Origin: the human T2T-CHM13v2.0 reference genome, Homo sapiens
Direction: 5' to 3' (one strand)
Assembly (NCBI RefSeq): GCF_009914755.1
Contig: NC_060927.1
DNA: 64,000 bases
Below the pieces are notes generated by a model. That model was not told the DNA's origin. It was given only the letters and a program-made list of their open reading frames with translations, and made no database searches. Of this stretch, positions 1-12,131 are shown one piece after another; the first letter of the stretch is position 1; each line of letters starts with the position of its first letter. The position numbers and the translations under genes are program-made.

Positions 1-799
1 AAAAAGGCTTCATATCAATAGAATTGAGTCTGGCAAAGAAAATATACAAAAGAGAACATAAAAGAGATTCAGTCATAGTAGAGGCAAAGAGATACAGCAT
101 TCACAACCACTTGATATCAAACAGCAATGACAATGAACCCAAGACAAATACCCACCAACGCACAGCTATGAAAATAGCAGACTCCTTATCCTGCCTTCCT
201 CCACCTCCATACTTATGTTCTCAGCCTATTACTGTTCCAGTGGCAACAACTCTATAACAGGAGGAAGGCTTTATTTTTCCTTCTCCCGCTTCAGACTATA
301 GAAAAAGCAGGGAAAAAAAAGCATAATTATGACTATTCAAAGAAAAGAAAAGAGGTTTGTTAGTCTGCATTCTTTGCTCTGGAAATTTCTGGCTTCTGTC
401 TGTTGAGAGACACATGAGAAAACTTGGATTATCTCTGAAGGTCACAACTGAATGACCACAAGTTATGTTTCTCCTTCTGGTTCCCTTGGTCATCCTTTTC
501 CATCAAACATGATTTTGCAAAATGTTTTAGTTATTGCTAAGAAGCAATTCCATACAGCTGATATAGAAAAGTCAAAAAATAAGAAAAAAATCACAACACA
601 TTTATCTTACCAAAACCCCCTGTCAGGCAGTCTGCTGATTTTGCTTGCCACAAAGCTCATCCTTCATTTGTGCACTGCCAGAGAAAGCTTGGATGGTAAA
701 AAAAAAAAAATCACAACCTCTCTTGGCTATAAGCTCTTTCCATTTGTTCCAGCTTCCAAACTGCAGAGGAGCTGTGGCATAGTCTGTCACTGCTGCACA

Positions 800-1250
800 T
801 ACTTGGTTTCCGAGAATAACGCTGCAAATGAGGACAGCTACCACTGGGAATGCTTTCCCCCACCAAAGAGCCGCAGTGAAGCTTCTAGTGGATCCCTGGG
901 CTTCTCACCTTCACAGTCTCAGAGAAGTGACTTTCACAAAACAGGCAGGTACAGCCGCACCACATTAATACCCTCGCATAGCCAATCCTCCGCAGTGCCC
1001 ACCTCAGCCTATGTATAGTTTCAATTCTATCTCCTGTAGCAACTCTTAGAGCTTTCTATATCTGGGAGCCTAGGAGAACTCTGTGCTGAATAAACAGAAA
1101 GCTTCTGCCAAACAAGCATCCGTGTGTGTGCGCGCGCACGCAGTTTGCTAGAGCAGCTAATGCAAATGAATAGTTTGACTCTGAGAATGGAGATCACAGA
1201 CAGTATCTGCCTCTCTTCTCCAGCTGTGAGCATCTTTTATAAAAGACAAA
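800..1250 (-). promoter_or_regulatory. Candidate core promoter / alternative first-exon region
   Basis: Repeat-free. Palindrome TCTTTTATAAAAGA 1233-1246 gives TATAAAAG on both strands. E-box CAGCTG 1221-1226, octamer ATGCAAAT 1160-1167, GTGCGCGCGCAC 1128-1139, CCAAT 982-986, GAS TTCCGAGAA 808-816. Minus-strand donors at 909/908 (AAG|GTGAGA), 803/802 and 611/610. Function is inferred. Confidence 0.45.
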
Positions 1251-2919
1251 AGCACCACACTGGTTGGATTTAAAGCTACAGGGTATTAATTCAACATTCA
1301 CATTTGTCTTCTCATTTAAATCAGATAAGGTTGAAAGAATCGCTTAAAGAAGATTAAAAACATTCTAAATAAAATAACACTGTTTAGGTAGCTTGGTTCA
1401 ATAAATACAAAGAAAAAGCAATCTACCTATGTTTCAATAAAGGCCCAGAAGACTGCCAGAACAGATTTCCATGCTTTTGTAATGTTTCTTCTCTTATTTT
1501 TCATTTTAGGTTGGCAAAATCATTTAAAATGAAAATAGAACATGAGTGAGAGAACAACTAGAAAAAGAAAACTGAGCACGACACTCTAAAATCGTATTCA
1601 CTATGGACAGAGAGAAAAACACTCTGAAATCTAAGCAAGAGATTAAAACATCACAATCATAAGCCCAGGCTCAGCCCCTGTATCATCACACACACTATTT
1701 ACTGAACACCCAAGACACTACGTGACAGAACTGAATATCTTATTAAGACTGTTTCTGACTTGAAAAAGTCACTTTGGGATTTAGGCAAGTTATCAGATCT
1801 GAACCTTATTCCTTTATTTGTAAAAGCAGTTGTGGGGAACACACATAGGAGGAATTTAAATGATTACAAAATATAGTGTGGCATGTATAAAGTATATCTA
1901 CTAATATTTCTCTGAGGTTAACATGCAGAAAGGAATCAGACATGAAGACAATTTAATACAGTAAAGCCTATGAGCCTGGGGGTGTGATATGAGCCTTTCT
2001 ATGAGCCTGGAGGTGTGATAATTTCTTTACTTCTAGTTAAGTATGGGTCTGGAAGCTCAGGCCAGCACAGTACTAACAGGTCAAAGAAGGTCTATCAGTA
2101 TTCACCAGCTGCGTTTAACATCTTTCACTTAAACCATACAAAGCCCTCTGAACGGAATCCAAAGCACCTTGAATGAATATAAAGAAAATGCTGGGTTGAA
2201 ACCATGGCTCCAGAAATTCCTTTTCCATCTCTAGAGACACAGAACTCTGACCCTGACTTTCCACAACAAATTAATAAAGAATTTGATTTAATAGAAGTTT
2301 TGTTTTCACTTAAAAATTAGGTGGTAAGGTTTCAACTGAGTAAATACGTTTCTACAAAAACAACAAAAACCCTAATCCTGTACCACTAGCATCAACACTA
2401 GCTGCTGTTTGCTTAATTCTGTTTACTAGCATTTTCAGTATCTTCTAAGACAATCATCCTTATTGTAGAAAACCACAAATGAGCAGAAAAGAAAGCAAAA
2501 ACTATCTGTAATCTCACCACTTAGAAGACCAAACAAACCGCTATTACCACTGTGATTTCCATCCCTTCAGTTTTAAAAAAATATATGTACAAGTATTTTG
2601 TTATTTCAAATCAGTTGTGATTTCAATTTGAAGGACTCTATAAGAGAATCCATATTTTTTGCCTTCCTTCTCTCAAAAATCACTTATTGTAACTGTATTC
2701 CCATAGTAATATATCTGATGTGGGCTTTTAAATATACCGAGCTACTAGATTGTGTGCAGTCTAAAATAAAATCTAGTAAGTTATTATTTTCTTCACAATT
2801 ATACAGCTGAATGTTGGGGACTGCATATTCTTCCCTGGGTAGGTACAGTATTTAATCTTTTGTAAGATTAATGTTTGTTACAATTGTATAATTTTAAGTA
2901 CAATTGTTGGCACTCACTG

Positions 2920-3235
2920 ATATTTCCAGTGCTGCTTCTCTTTCTGAACACACATGGAAGACTACATTTCCCAGTTCCCTTTGCAAGGCCATGTGACTAG
3001 TTCTGACCAATGGGTTGTGAAAAAAAGGAAGTGAGTGTGTAACCTAAGTCAAAGCATTTAATTGCTAATGTAAAGCTCTTTTATCCTCTCTTACCCTACC
3101 ACTGAGATCACTGAAGCATATGTTGAGACATGGTGCCATGGATCAAATCTGCTTTGATTGGATAAACCACTAAATGGAGGACAGCTGCCCTGGAGAGTTG
3201 TCTGGGCCTAAAGCAGACTTTGTGTCTGCTTTTAA
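2920..3235. mobile_element. Old MaLR LTR fragment (MLT1-like)
   Basis: ACTACATTTCCCAG...GGCCATGTGACTAGTTCTGACCAATG resembles MLT1 LTRs. Confidence 0.5.
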
Positions 3236-3699
3236 ATCATTATATAAAAGTAATGATTTTATCTTTTTGAAAAAAATTACCTTTTCACATTTTTAGAGGT
3301 TCCGCCAAGATGGCAATGAATTTATCTGACAGAACCAAGTAAACTGAGTTACTAGATAAATGTACCTCCTCATTGACTGTTTTAGCCTGGGTACATCTCT
3401 TCTTAGCTCCCAAAGGAAATCCTAAGTGGCAGTAGGACTTTAGTTTTGCTGATTTCCTTGTTCTCATTTGTTTCTTCTCTTGCTGACTTTTTGTTTCTGG
3501 TTTATGCATGGTCAGTAAGTTACTCCTCACTGATGGCAGCACTAATTGATAATTTGGTTTTATGGTTTGACCATTTGAGGTCTCTACAGAAGAGTGATAG
3601 ATATCTATTCTCTGTTGAATGAGATATCAAAACATTATCCAGCTTGTCAGACTTTTCTGTCCATTTGTCTATGTCGAGTGTAATTCAATTAAGAATTCT

Positions 3700-3800
3700 G
3701 GCTCTGCGTGGTGGCTCATACTTATAATCCCAGCACTTTAGGAAGGCTGAGGTGGGCAGATCACTTGAAGCCAGGAGATTGAGACCAGCCTGGGCAATGA
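3700..3800 (+). mobile_element. Alu left-arm fragment
   Basis: GTGGCTCA..TAATCCCAGCACTTT..GAGACCAGCCTGGGCAA. Confidence 0.9.
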
Positions 3801-3919
3801 AAGGGAACAGCTCTTTGAGATCTGGACCAGTGAGGTTTTGTGATTCTGTGTTTACTTTTGACCCGTGGCTAAAAAGTTGTAGAACTAAAGCCATAGGTCT
3901 TTATGTGTCCTGTAATTCA

Positions 3920-4218
<299 letters not shown>

Positions 4219-5235
4219 AGACCATGGCCTCTTGTTTGTAAGTATAAAACATTTTCCTACCTTTAGAGAGTATTAATAAATTAGATTATAATGTCTCCTA
4301 AATTAAAGGACCTCGGATCTCATTCGTTTTACAGAGCTAAATAAGCACATATATATATGTCAAACATCCCTACAAATCTAAGAAAAGAAAAAAGTGAACA
4401 TCTGACACTTTAAATATGCTAGACAAAGAACAAAAGATTCTTCTTACAGATTCTATCAGTTTGGAAACATTTTAAGAATCCAAATTCACATACTTAAGGT
4501 AAATATTTGGCAAACTGAGGCTAGTATCAGAGTTAACTATAATACTATATACAGTTTATTTCACTTGGGGTTTGTTTTTTCATGTAGAAAAAATTTAATC
4601 TGAACTTTGTAAACTTACTTATACAGGTTTAGTGATAAAATTAATATTACTCTTCTTTTGTAATGTTTAGTATTTTAAAAACGAAAGTTTGTGTTAATCT
4701 AAATTGAATCACAATGCTGACAAGCTTTTTATATCAATAGCAATTATGTGTCAGCTTAAATATCTCCAGGATCTTATGGTAATTTAAAAATCACAGACTA
4801 ATGTTAAATGGAGCTAATTAATAGTAATTTTTGGATGCCCAGATGAATTTCTAATTAGAAGAGTAAAACATTGTTTAAACATAGTTTTAAGCTTACATAC
4901 TTTTGCTTGTTTTGTATATGCTATTAGAGTGGTTATATCTTTGAGTAATGTTAACAAATGGCTTCATTTTTGCCTTGTTAAGAAGGTGTTAAAGAGATGT
5001 GTGTGACTATAGAAAGTCTGCTATGTGTATTTGTGAGCTTTACTAGTCTGCTAAGATGCTTGTGTATGACGTAGTTCTTATTATCCATTCTCTCTACCCA
5101 GTTTTCTCTCTGAAACAGAAGTCATAATTGATACAGGTGGTTATAACTACACTAGGAACAATAGTAACAGAGAAATATAAGGTGTAAGTCTTTTTGTTTT
5201 TAAAGGAAAAGGAGCATTTTTTTGTCCCAAACTAA

Positions 5236-5493
<258 letters not shown>

Positions 5494-5937
5494 AAAGACA
5501 AATCTTAAAAAGTGAATTTGATTTGCCTTGTAAAATATACTACTGGGATGTGAAAAGAAGCCATGAAACATGTTAAAATTTTGGCAACATTTAATCAGCT
5601 TTGATGGGTTTGCGTCTTTGGTTTACTGATTAATGCCTTCATCTATAATATGAAAGATGATTCTTATTTGTGTATAATTTTCTTAGAGAGCACAATAATT
5701 CTCTGGCTTTATGTTGGATTATGTTCTAGATGATTAAATACAAAACAAACCAAACCGGAAAGAACAAAGGTTCTTTACTTGTGAAAGAGCTTAGGTTCTT
5801 TACAATTGTAGTACCTTATCTTTTATTCTCATTTTGATTAAATAATCAAGTATTGTTTCTTATCCATGATACTATCTTAATCAGGGGCCCAAATGTCCTT
5901 TGTTAACTCTTTTGATCTTGCCTTCCCCAAGATTGAA

Positions 5938-6082
5938 TTTTTTTTTTTTTTTTTTTTTTGAGACAGGGTCTCTCTGTGTCATCTAGGCTGGAGTGCAGTG
6001 CCTCAACCTTCCGGGCTCAAGTGATCCTCCCACCTCAGTCTCCCAAAGTGCTGGGATTATAGGCATGAAACACTGTGCCCAT
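5938..6082 (-). mobile_element. Internally deleted Alu
   Basis: Poly-T, right-arm end joined to left-arm start. Confidence 0.9.
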
Positions 6083-6832
6083 CCCATGTTATCTTATTGT
6101 TCTATTTTTTGTGGCTATATGAGGAAGCCCTTTCACTTTCTCCTTAAACTACTTCTAACCCACATTTTAGTAGATTGATTCTGCCTCTGTGATCTGAATA
6201 AAACATTAAGTAGTATCTGATTTTCATGGAATACTGAGCATTCAGAAACATACTGAGTTTTCCTTAACTTATGGCAATACTGTTATTTGCATAGGATCAA
6301 TACCAATCTCATCTCCTTTTTATCAAGATATAATTGGATTTTGTAACTGTATATACTGGAATCTCATAAATGAGAACATCACATTTGAGAATAATTCTCA
6401 TTGACAAACTACTTTAAGAAACAATAGTTGACTTGATATAGGGAGCCAATGCCTAAAAGAAAGTACTCCCAGGAACACTGGCCTGATTCCTGAGGTGGTA
6501 AGGAAAGTCACTTCCTGGCAAGCCTTAGAAAATACTGGGGACTTGAAGATGAGATTAATTCACCCAAATTTATAGGTACCACAGGTGAAATCTGGTGAGA
6601 GAGTTTCTCAGGTGTATTTTCCTAACCTTAGTATAGTAAATAATAAAGAGTGTTTAAAAGTCCAATCTGAATCCTTACGAAAACGTCCACACAGAAGTTA
6701 ACTGTGTTGTCTTAGTAATTGCTCAAAACTGTATGGCTCTGGATTTGCAAAGATAGTTCAAGGATGCCCCTGTATGACTAACTAGCACTGTGGCTACACC
6801 TATGTGAATAATCAGGCCAAACCTAATGAGAC

Positions 6833-7381
6833 TGTCAGAAACGTTTACACCTGAGTAACTTCAGCGTGCCTATGGGCTAGGTAAAGTCAGGTTAAGACCT
6901 GCTAGGCTGCATTCCCAGCAACTTCAGGTATTCTTAGTCACAAGATGAGATAGGAGGTCACCATGAGATACAGGTCATAAAGACCTTGCTGATAAAACAG
7001 GTTGCAGTAAAGAAGCCAGCTAAAACCCACTGAAACCAAGATGGCGATGAGAGTGACCTCTGTTCCTCCCCACTGCTACACTCCCACCATTAGCTCCAAG
7101 GCAGTGTACAAATGCCAAGGCAATGTCAGGAAGTTACCCTATATTGGTCTAAAAAGGGGAGGCATGAATAATCTACCCCTTGTTTAGCATATAATCAAGA
7201 AATAACCATAAGAATGGGCAGCCCCTGGGGCTGCTCTGCCTATGGAGGCCATTCTTTTATTCTTTTACTTTCCTAATAAACTTGTTTTTACTTTACTCTA
7301 TGGACTCGCCCTGAATTATTTCTTGTGCGAGATCCAAGAACCCTCTCTTGGGGTTTGGATTGGGATGGCTTTCTGGTAACA
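6833..7381 (+). mobile_element. MER41A-type solo LTR (ERV1)
   Basis: TGTCAG...GGTAACA termini; 4-bp TSD AGAC (6829-6832, 7382-7385); MER41 core GACCTTGCTGATAAAACAGGTTGCAGTAAAG; lacks the GAS-containing segment. Confidence 0.92.
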
Positions 7382-7421
7382 AGACTAACTATTTTGTGAT
7401 CAAGAATAACATTTGGAGATA

Positions 7422-7530
7422 TTTGGGAGGCTGAGATGGGAGAATCACTTAAGCCCAGGAGTTGAAATTTGCTTTGAGTTGTGATTGTACCACTGCACTC
7501 CAGCCTGGGCGACAGAGCGAGACTCTGTCT

Positions 7531-7563
<33 letters not shown>
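7422..7563 (+). mobile_element. Alu right-arm fragment with long poly-A
   Basis: CACTGCACTCCAGCCTGGGCGACAGAGCGAGACTC followed by an A-run. Confidence 0.9.
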
Positions 7564-7568
<5 letters not shown>

Positions 7569-7814
7569 ATTAATAATAACCCTTTGAAAATTATTCTTGA
7601 TCACAAGAGAGATGGGAGACTGTCAGCAAAATTTATGGAAGACCAAAATGGTAAAAGATTTTGAATGTCCTTTCAAGGGAATGCTGGGTGTTGTCTATTG
7701 GACCCTTTGAAGTTATCTGATTGAATAAAGATGTGAATCTTTGTCTTTGGCTAGGTTGTTTTCCAAGTCTTTAGAGACAGAAATTGCCTCATGGACAGTG
7801 TTTGTGATGCAATG

Positions 7815-10800
7815 TGTATTAGTCTGTTCTCATGCTGCTAATAAAGACATACCGAAGACTGGGTAATTTATAAAGGAAAGAGGTTTAACTGACTCACAGT
7901 TCCACAGGGCTGGGGAAGCCTTGGGAAACTTACAATCATGGCGGAAGGGGAAGCAAACACATCATTTCTCACATGGTGGCAACAAGAAGTGCCAAGCAAA
8001 AGGGGGAAAGCCCCTTTTAAAACTATCAGATCTCATGAGAACTCACTAGCATGAGAACAGCATGAGGGTAACTGGCCCCGTGATTAAATTACCTCCCACC
8101 AGGTCCCTCCAACAACACATGGGGATTATGGGAACTACAATTCGAGATTTGGGTAGGGACACAGCCAAATCATATCATTCTGCCCCTGACCCCTCCCAAA
8201 TCTCATGTCCTCACATTTCAAAACCAATCATGCCTTTGAGGACTAAGCTCTGATTTTTGTAAATCTTGCCCAAATTCCTATCTAAGGAGTTTCAGGAGTC
8301 ATGCCCTACAAACCATAAATTCTCATCAGCTGGGTTTTATTTAACCCTATGTATCATGACTTACTTTCCAATCTGACTCTGGCATAACGTTATGTGACAA
8401 AGAAGAAAATCAAAATATTTTACCCCAAAACATATTTCTCTGCCATATTTTGAAATGGCCTTGCAAGGCCATGCTTTGTAGGGGTAAAATCTGCATCTGT
8501 AAAGAATCTCTATTAAACAGCTAGATCTTTTTCTTCCAGGCCCTCCCAATCCTGAAGAGATTAACTGAGAGTCTAGCACCTTTTAGAGGTCTGAATAGGA
8601 AACATTTGTCACCTATTGTCTCTAAGGGCAGCTACTATGAGACTTCAAAAGAACCTTGGTCTCCACCATCTTTTATCTTAACCTGAACATTTCCTTTCTA
8701 TTAATCCCAGGTCTTTAGACAAACTCAACCAATTGTAAACCAGAAAATGTTTAAATCTGCCTATAGCCTGGAAGCCCCTGCTTCGAACTCTCCCGTCTTT
8801 GTGGACCAAACCAATGTATTTCTCAAATGTATTTGATTGATGTCTCATGCTTCCCTAAAATGTACAAAACCAAGCTACAACCCAACTATCTTGGGCACAT
8901 GTTCTCAAAACCTCCTGAGGGCTGTGTCATGGGCCATGGTCACTCATATTTGGCTCAGAATAAATCTATTCAAATATTTTACAAAGTATGACTCTTTTTG
9001 TTGACACCTTCCCAACAGTCCCCGAAAGTCTTAGCTCATTTCAGCATTAACTCAAAAGTCCATAGTCCAAAGTCTCATGTGAGACAAGGCAAAGTCTTTT
9101 CCGCCTATGAGCCTGTAAAATAAAAAGCAAGTTAGTTACTTCCTAGATACAATGGGGGTACAGGCATTGGGTAAATACACCCATTCCACATGGGAGAAAC
9201 TGGCTAAAATGAAGGGGCTACAGGCCCCATACAAGTCCAAAAATCCAGCAGGGCAGTCAAATCTTAAAGCTCCAAAATGATCTCCTTTGACTCTATGTCT
9301 CACATCCAGGTCACACTGATGCAAAAGGTGAGCTCCCATGGCCTTGGGCAGCTCTACCCCTGTGGCTTTGCAGGGTACAGCCCTGCTCCTGGGTGCTTTC
9401 ATGGGGTGGCGTTAGGTGTCTGCAGCTTTTCCAGGTGCACAGTGGAAGCTGTCAGTGGATCTACCATCCTGGGGTCTGGAGAATGGTGGCCCTCTTCTAG
9501 CAGCTCCACTATGCAGTGCCCCAGTGGGGACTCTGTGTGGGGGCTCCAACCCCACATTTTCCTTCCGCACTGCCCTAGCAGAGGTTCTCCATGAGGGCTC
9601 TGCCCCTGCAGCAAACTTTTGCCTGGACATCCAGGCGTTTCCATACATCCTTTGAAATCTAGGTGGAGGTTCCCAAACCTCAATTCTTGACTTTTGTGTA
9701 CCTACAGGCTCAACACCACATGGAAGCTACCAAGGTATAGGGCCTTCACCCTCCAAAGCCATGGCCTGAACTGTATCTTGGCCCTTTTTAGTTAAGGGTG
9801 GAGCAGCTGGGATGCAGACCACCAAACCTGTGGGCTGTACACAGCAGGGGGGTCCTCGGCCTGGCCCACGAAGCCATTTTCTCCTCCTAGACCTCTAGGC
9901 CTGTGATGGGAGGGGCTGTTGCAAAGGTCTGTGACATGCCCTGGAGACATTTTCCCCATTGTCTTGGTGATTAACATTCAGTTCCTTGTTACTTATGCAA
10001 ATTTCTGCAGCAGGCTTCAATTTCTCAGCAGAAAACAGGTTTTTCTTTTCTTCTGCATCACCAGGCTGCAAATTTTCCAAACTTTTATGCTCTGCTTCCT
10101 CTCAAACACTTTGCCACTTAGAAATTTCTTCTGCCAGATACTGTAAATAATCTCTCTCAAGTTCAAAGTTCCACAGATCCTTAGGGCAGGGGCAAAGTGC
10201 CGCCAGTCTCTTTGCTAACACATAACAAGAGTCACCTTTGCTCTCGTTGTCAACAAGTTCCTCATCTTCATCTGAGACCATCGCAGCCCGGACTTTATTG
10301 TCCATATCACTATCAGCATTTTGGTCAAAGCCATTCAACAAGACTCTAGGAAGTTCCAAACTTTCCTGCATCTTCCTGTCTCCTGAGCCCTCCAAGTCTC
10401 TAGGAAGTTCCAAACTTTTCCACATTTTCCTATCTTCTTCTGAGCCCTCCAAACTGTTCCAACCTCTGTTACCCAGTTTCAAAACTGCTTCCACATTTTT
10501 GGGTATCTTAATAGCAGTACCCCACTCTACTGGTACCAATTTACTATATTAGTCAATTTTCATACTGCTATGAAGAAATACCCAAGACTGGGTCATTTAT
10601 AAAGAAAAAGAGGTTTAATGGACTCATAGTTCCACATGGCTGGGGAGGCCTCACAATCATGGTGGAAGGCGAAGGAGGAGCAAAGGCACGTCTTACTTGG
10701 CGGCAGGCAAGACAGCATGTACAGGGGAACTGCTCTTTATAAAACCATCAGATCTCATGAGAACTCACTATCATGGGAACAGCATGAGGGTAACTCCCTC

Positions 10801-10899
10801 ATGATTAAATTACTTCCCACTGGGTCCCACGACACATGGGGATTATGGGAACTACAATTCAAGATGAGATTTGGGTGGGGACATAGCCAAACCATATCA
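7815..10899 (-). mobile_element. Full-length THE1 (ERVL-MaLR) provirus: LTR 7815-8177, internal, LTR 10545-10899
   Basis: Both LTRs run T(G/A)TATTAGTC...CATATCA; 5-bp TSD CAATG at 7810-7814 and 10900-10904; THE1-int sequence between; MaLR ORF remnant 10102-10539. Confidence 0.95.
8237..9006 (+). mobile_element. MER4-family (MER4E-like) solo LTR inserted in THE1-int
   Basis: TGAGGACTAAGCTCTG...TTGACA termini, 770 bp; 4-bp TSD CCTT (8233-8236, 9007-9010). Confidence 0.9.
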
Positions 10900-11128
10900 C
10901 AATGTAAATGAATTCTGTCTGGGAGAGAATATAAATCTCTTTGAGTCCAATTCTCATTTGGACTGATTTTAACATTTTATTGGTTCTTTCATTAATTAGT
11001 GAGCTAAAATTCTCTGTGTGCTCAATTTGTACATGAGTTATAATTTTACCTTAAGAAAATAACCTTTCACATTTGGGTCTGTACTTTTTCTTTTTTAAAG
11101 CAACTAATTAAAAAGTAATTGTTTAGTT

Positions 11129-11316
11129 AGAGTTAGCAAGCTAAAGCCCTCTGCCTATTTTCTTAAGGCCTGTACAAAAGAGCTACAAAATATTTTTACG
11201 TTTTTAAGGAGTTGTAAACAACAATAAAGAATACATTACAGAGAACATACAAGGGCCTCAAAGCTTAAGATATCTAGTATCTGGCCCTTTATAAAACAAG
11301 TTATCTGCAAATCCCT
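11129..11316. mobile_element. MER58-family hAT DNA transposon
   Basis: End TATCTGGCCCTTTATAAAACAAGTT...CCCTG resembles the MER58 terminus. Confidence 0.6.
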
Positions 11317-11572
11317 GCTTTATTTTAATATAAGCAATCAACTTGACAATATAGAAGAAGGTGAGAATTAAATCAACATTTCAGTAGCAAAGTCAAGTTA
11401 GGACCCAGACTGAGAAAATCTGTTCTTTAACTAAAAAACTATCCAGATATGTAGCAGGGATATTTTATTTGATTACATGGAAGATTTCCTTTGAAAAAAA
11501 GGAAAGAAACTTTTAGGCCAGGCACAACGGCTCATGTCTGTAACTGCAGCATTTTGGGAGGCCAAGGCAGAG

Positions 11573-12131
11573 TATCAGAGGCTTTTGAATAGGGGCTGGG
11601 TAAAATAACACTGAGACTTACTGGGCTGCACTTCCAGAAAGTTAGGCATTTTAAGTCACAGGATGAGATAGGAGGTCAGAACAAGATACAGGTCATCAAG
11701 ACCTTGCTGATAAAATAGGCTGCAGTAAAGACGCCAGCGAAAAGTTCATTATATGCTAATTACAATGCATTAGCATGCTAACAGACACTTCCACAAGTGC
11801 CATGACAGTTTACAAATGCCATGGCAACGTCCAGAAGTTACCCTATATGGTCTAAAAGTGGGAGGAACCTTGAGTTCAGGGAATTGCCCACCCCTTTCTC
11901 AGAAAACTCATTAGTATTCCACCCCTTGTTTCACATATAATCAAGAAGTAACAATACATATCCTTAGTTGAATAGCTCAAGCCACTGCTGTCTATGGAGC
12001 GGCTATTCTTTTATTCCTTTACTTTCTTAATAAACTTGCTTTCACTTTATGGATTCGCCTTGAACTCTTTCCTGACAAGATGCAAGAACCCTCTCTTGGG
12101 GTCTGGATTGGGACCCCTTTCCTGGGTAACC
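11573..12131 (+). mobile_element. MER41B-type solo LTR (ERV1)
   Basis: TATCAGAGGC...GGTAAC termini; TSD AGAG; contains the CATTATATGCTAATTACAATGCATTAGC block and the tandem GAS segment. Confidence 0.92.
11875..11904 (+). promoter_or_regulatory. Tandem GAS (STAT) motifs in MER41B
   Basis: TTCAGGGAA 11875-11883 and TTCTCAGAA 11896-11904 both fit TTCNNNGAA. Confidence 0.6.

Noticed and set aside
452-1018. 188-aa plus-strand ORF
   Set aside because: No recognisable domain; runs through A-tracts; neighbouring signals point to minus-strand transcription
9136-10552. Overlapping ORFs on both strands
   Set aside because: All lie within THE1 internal sequence
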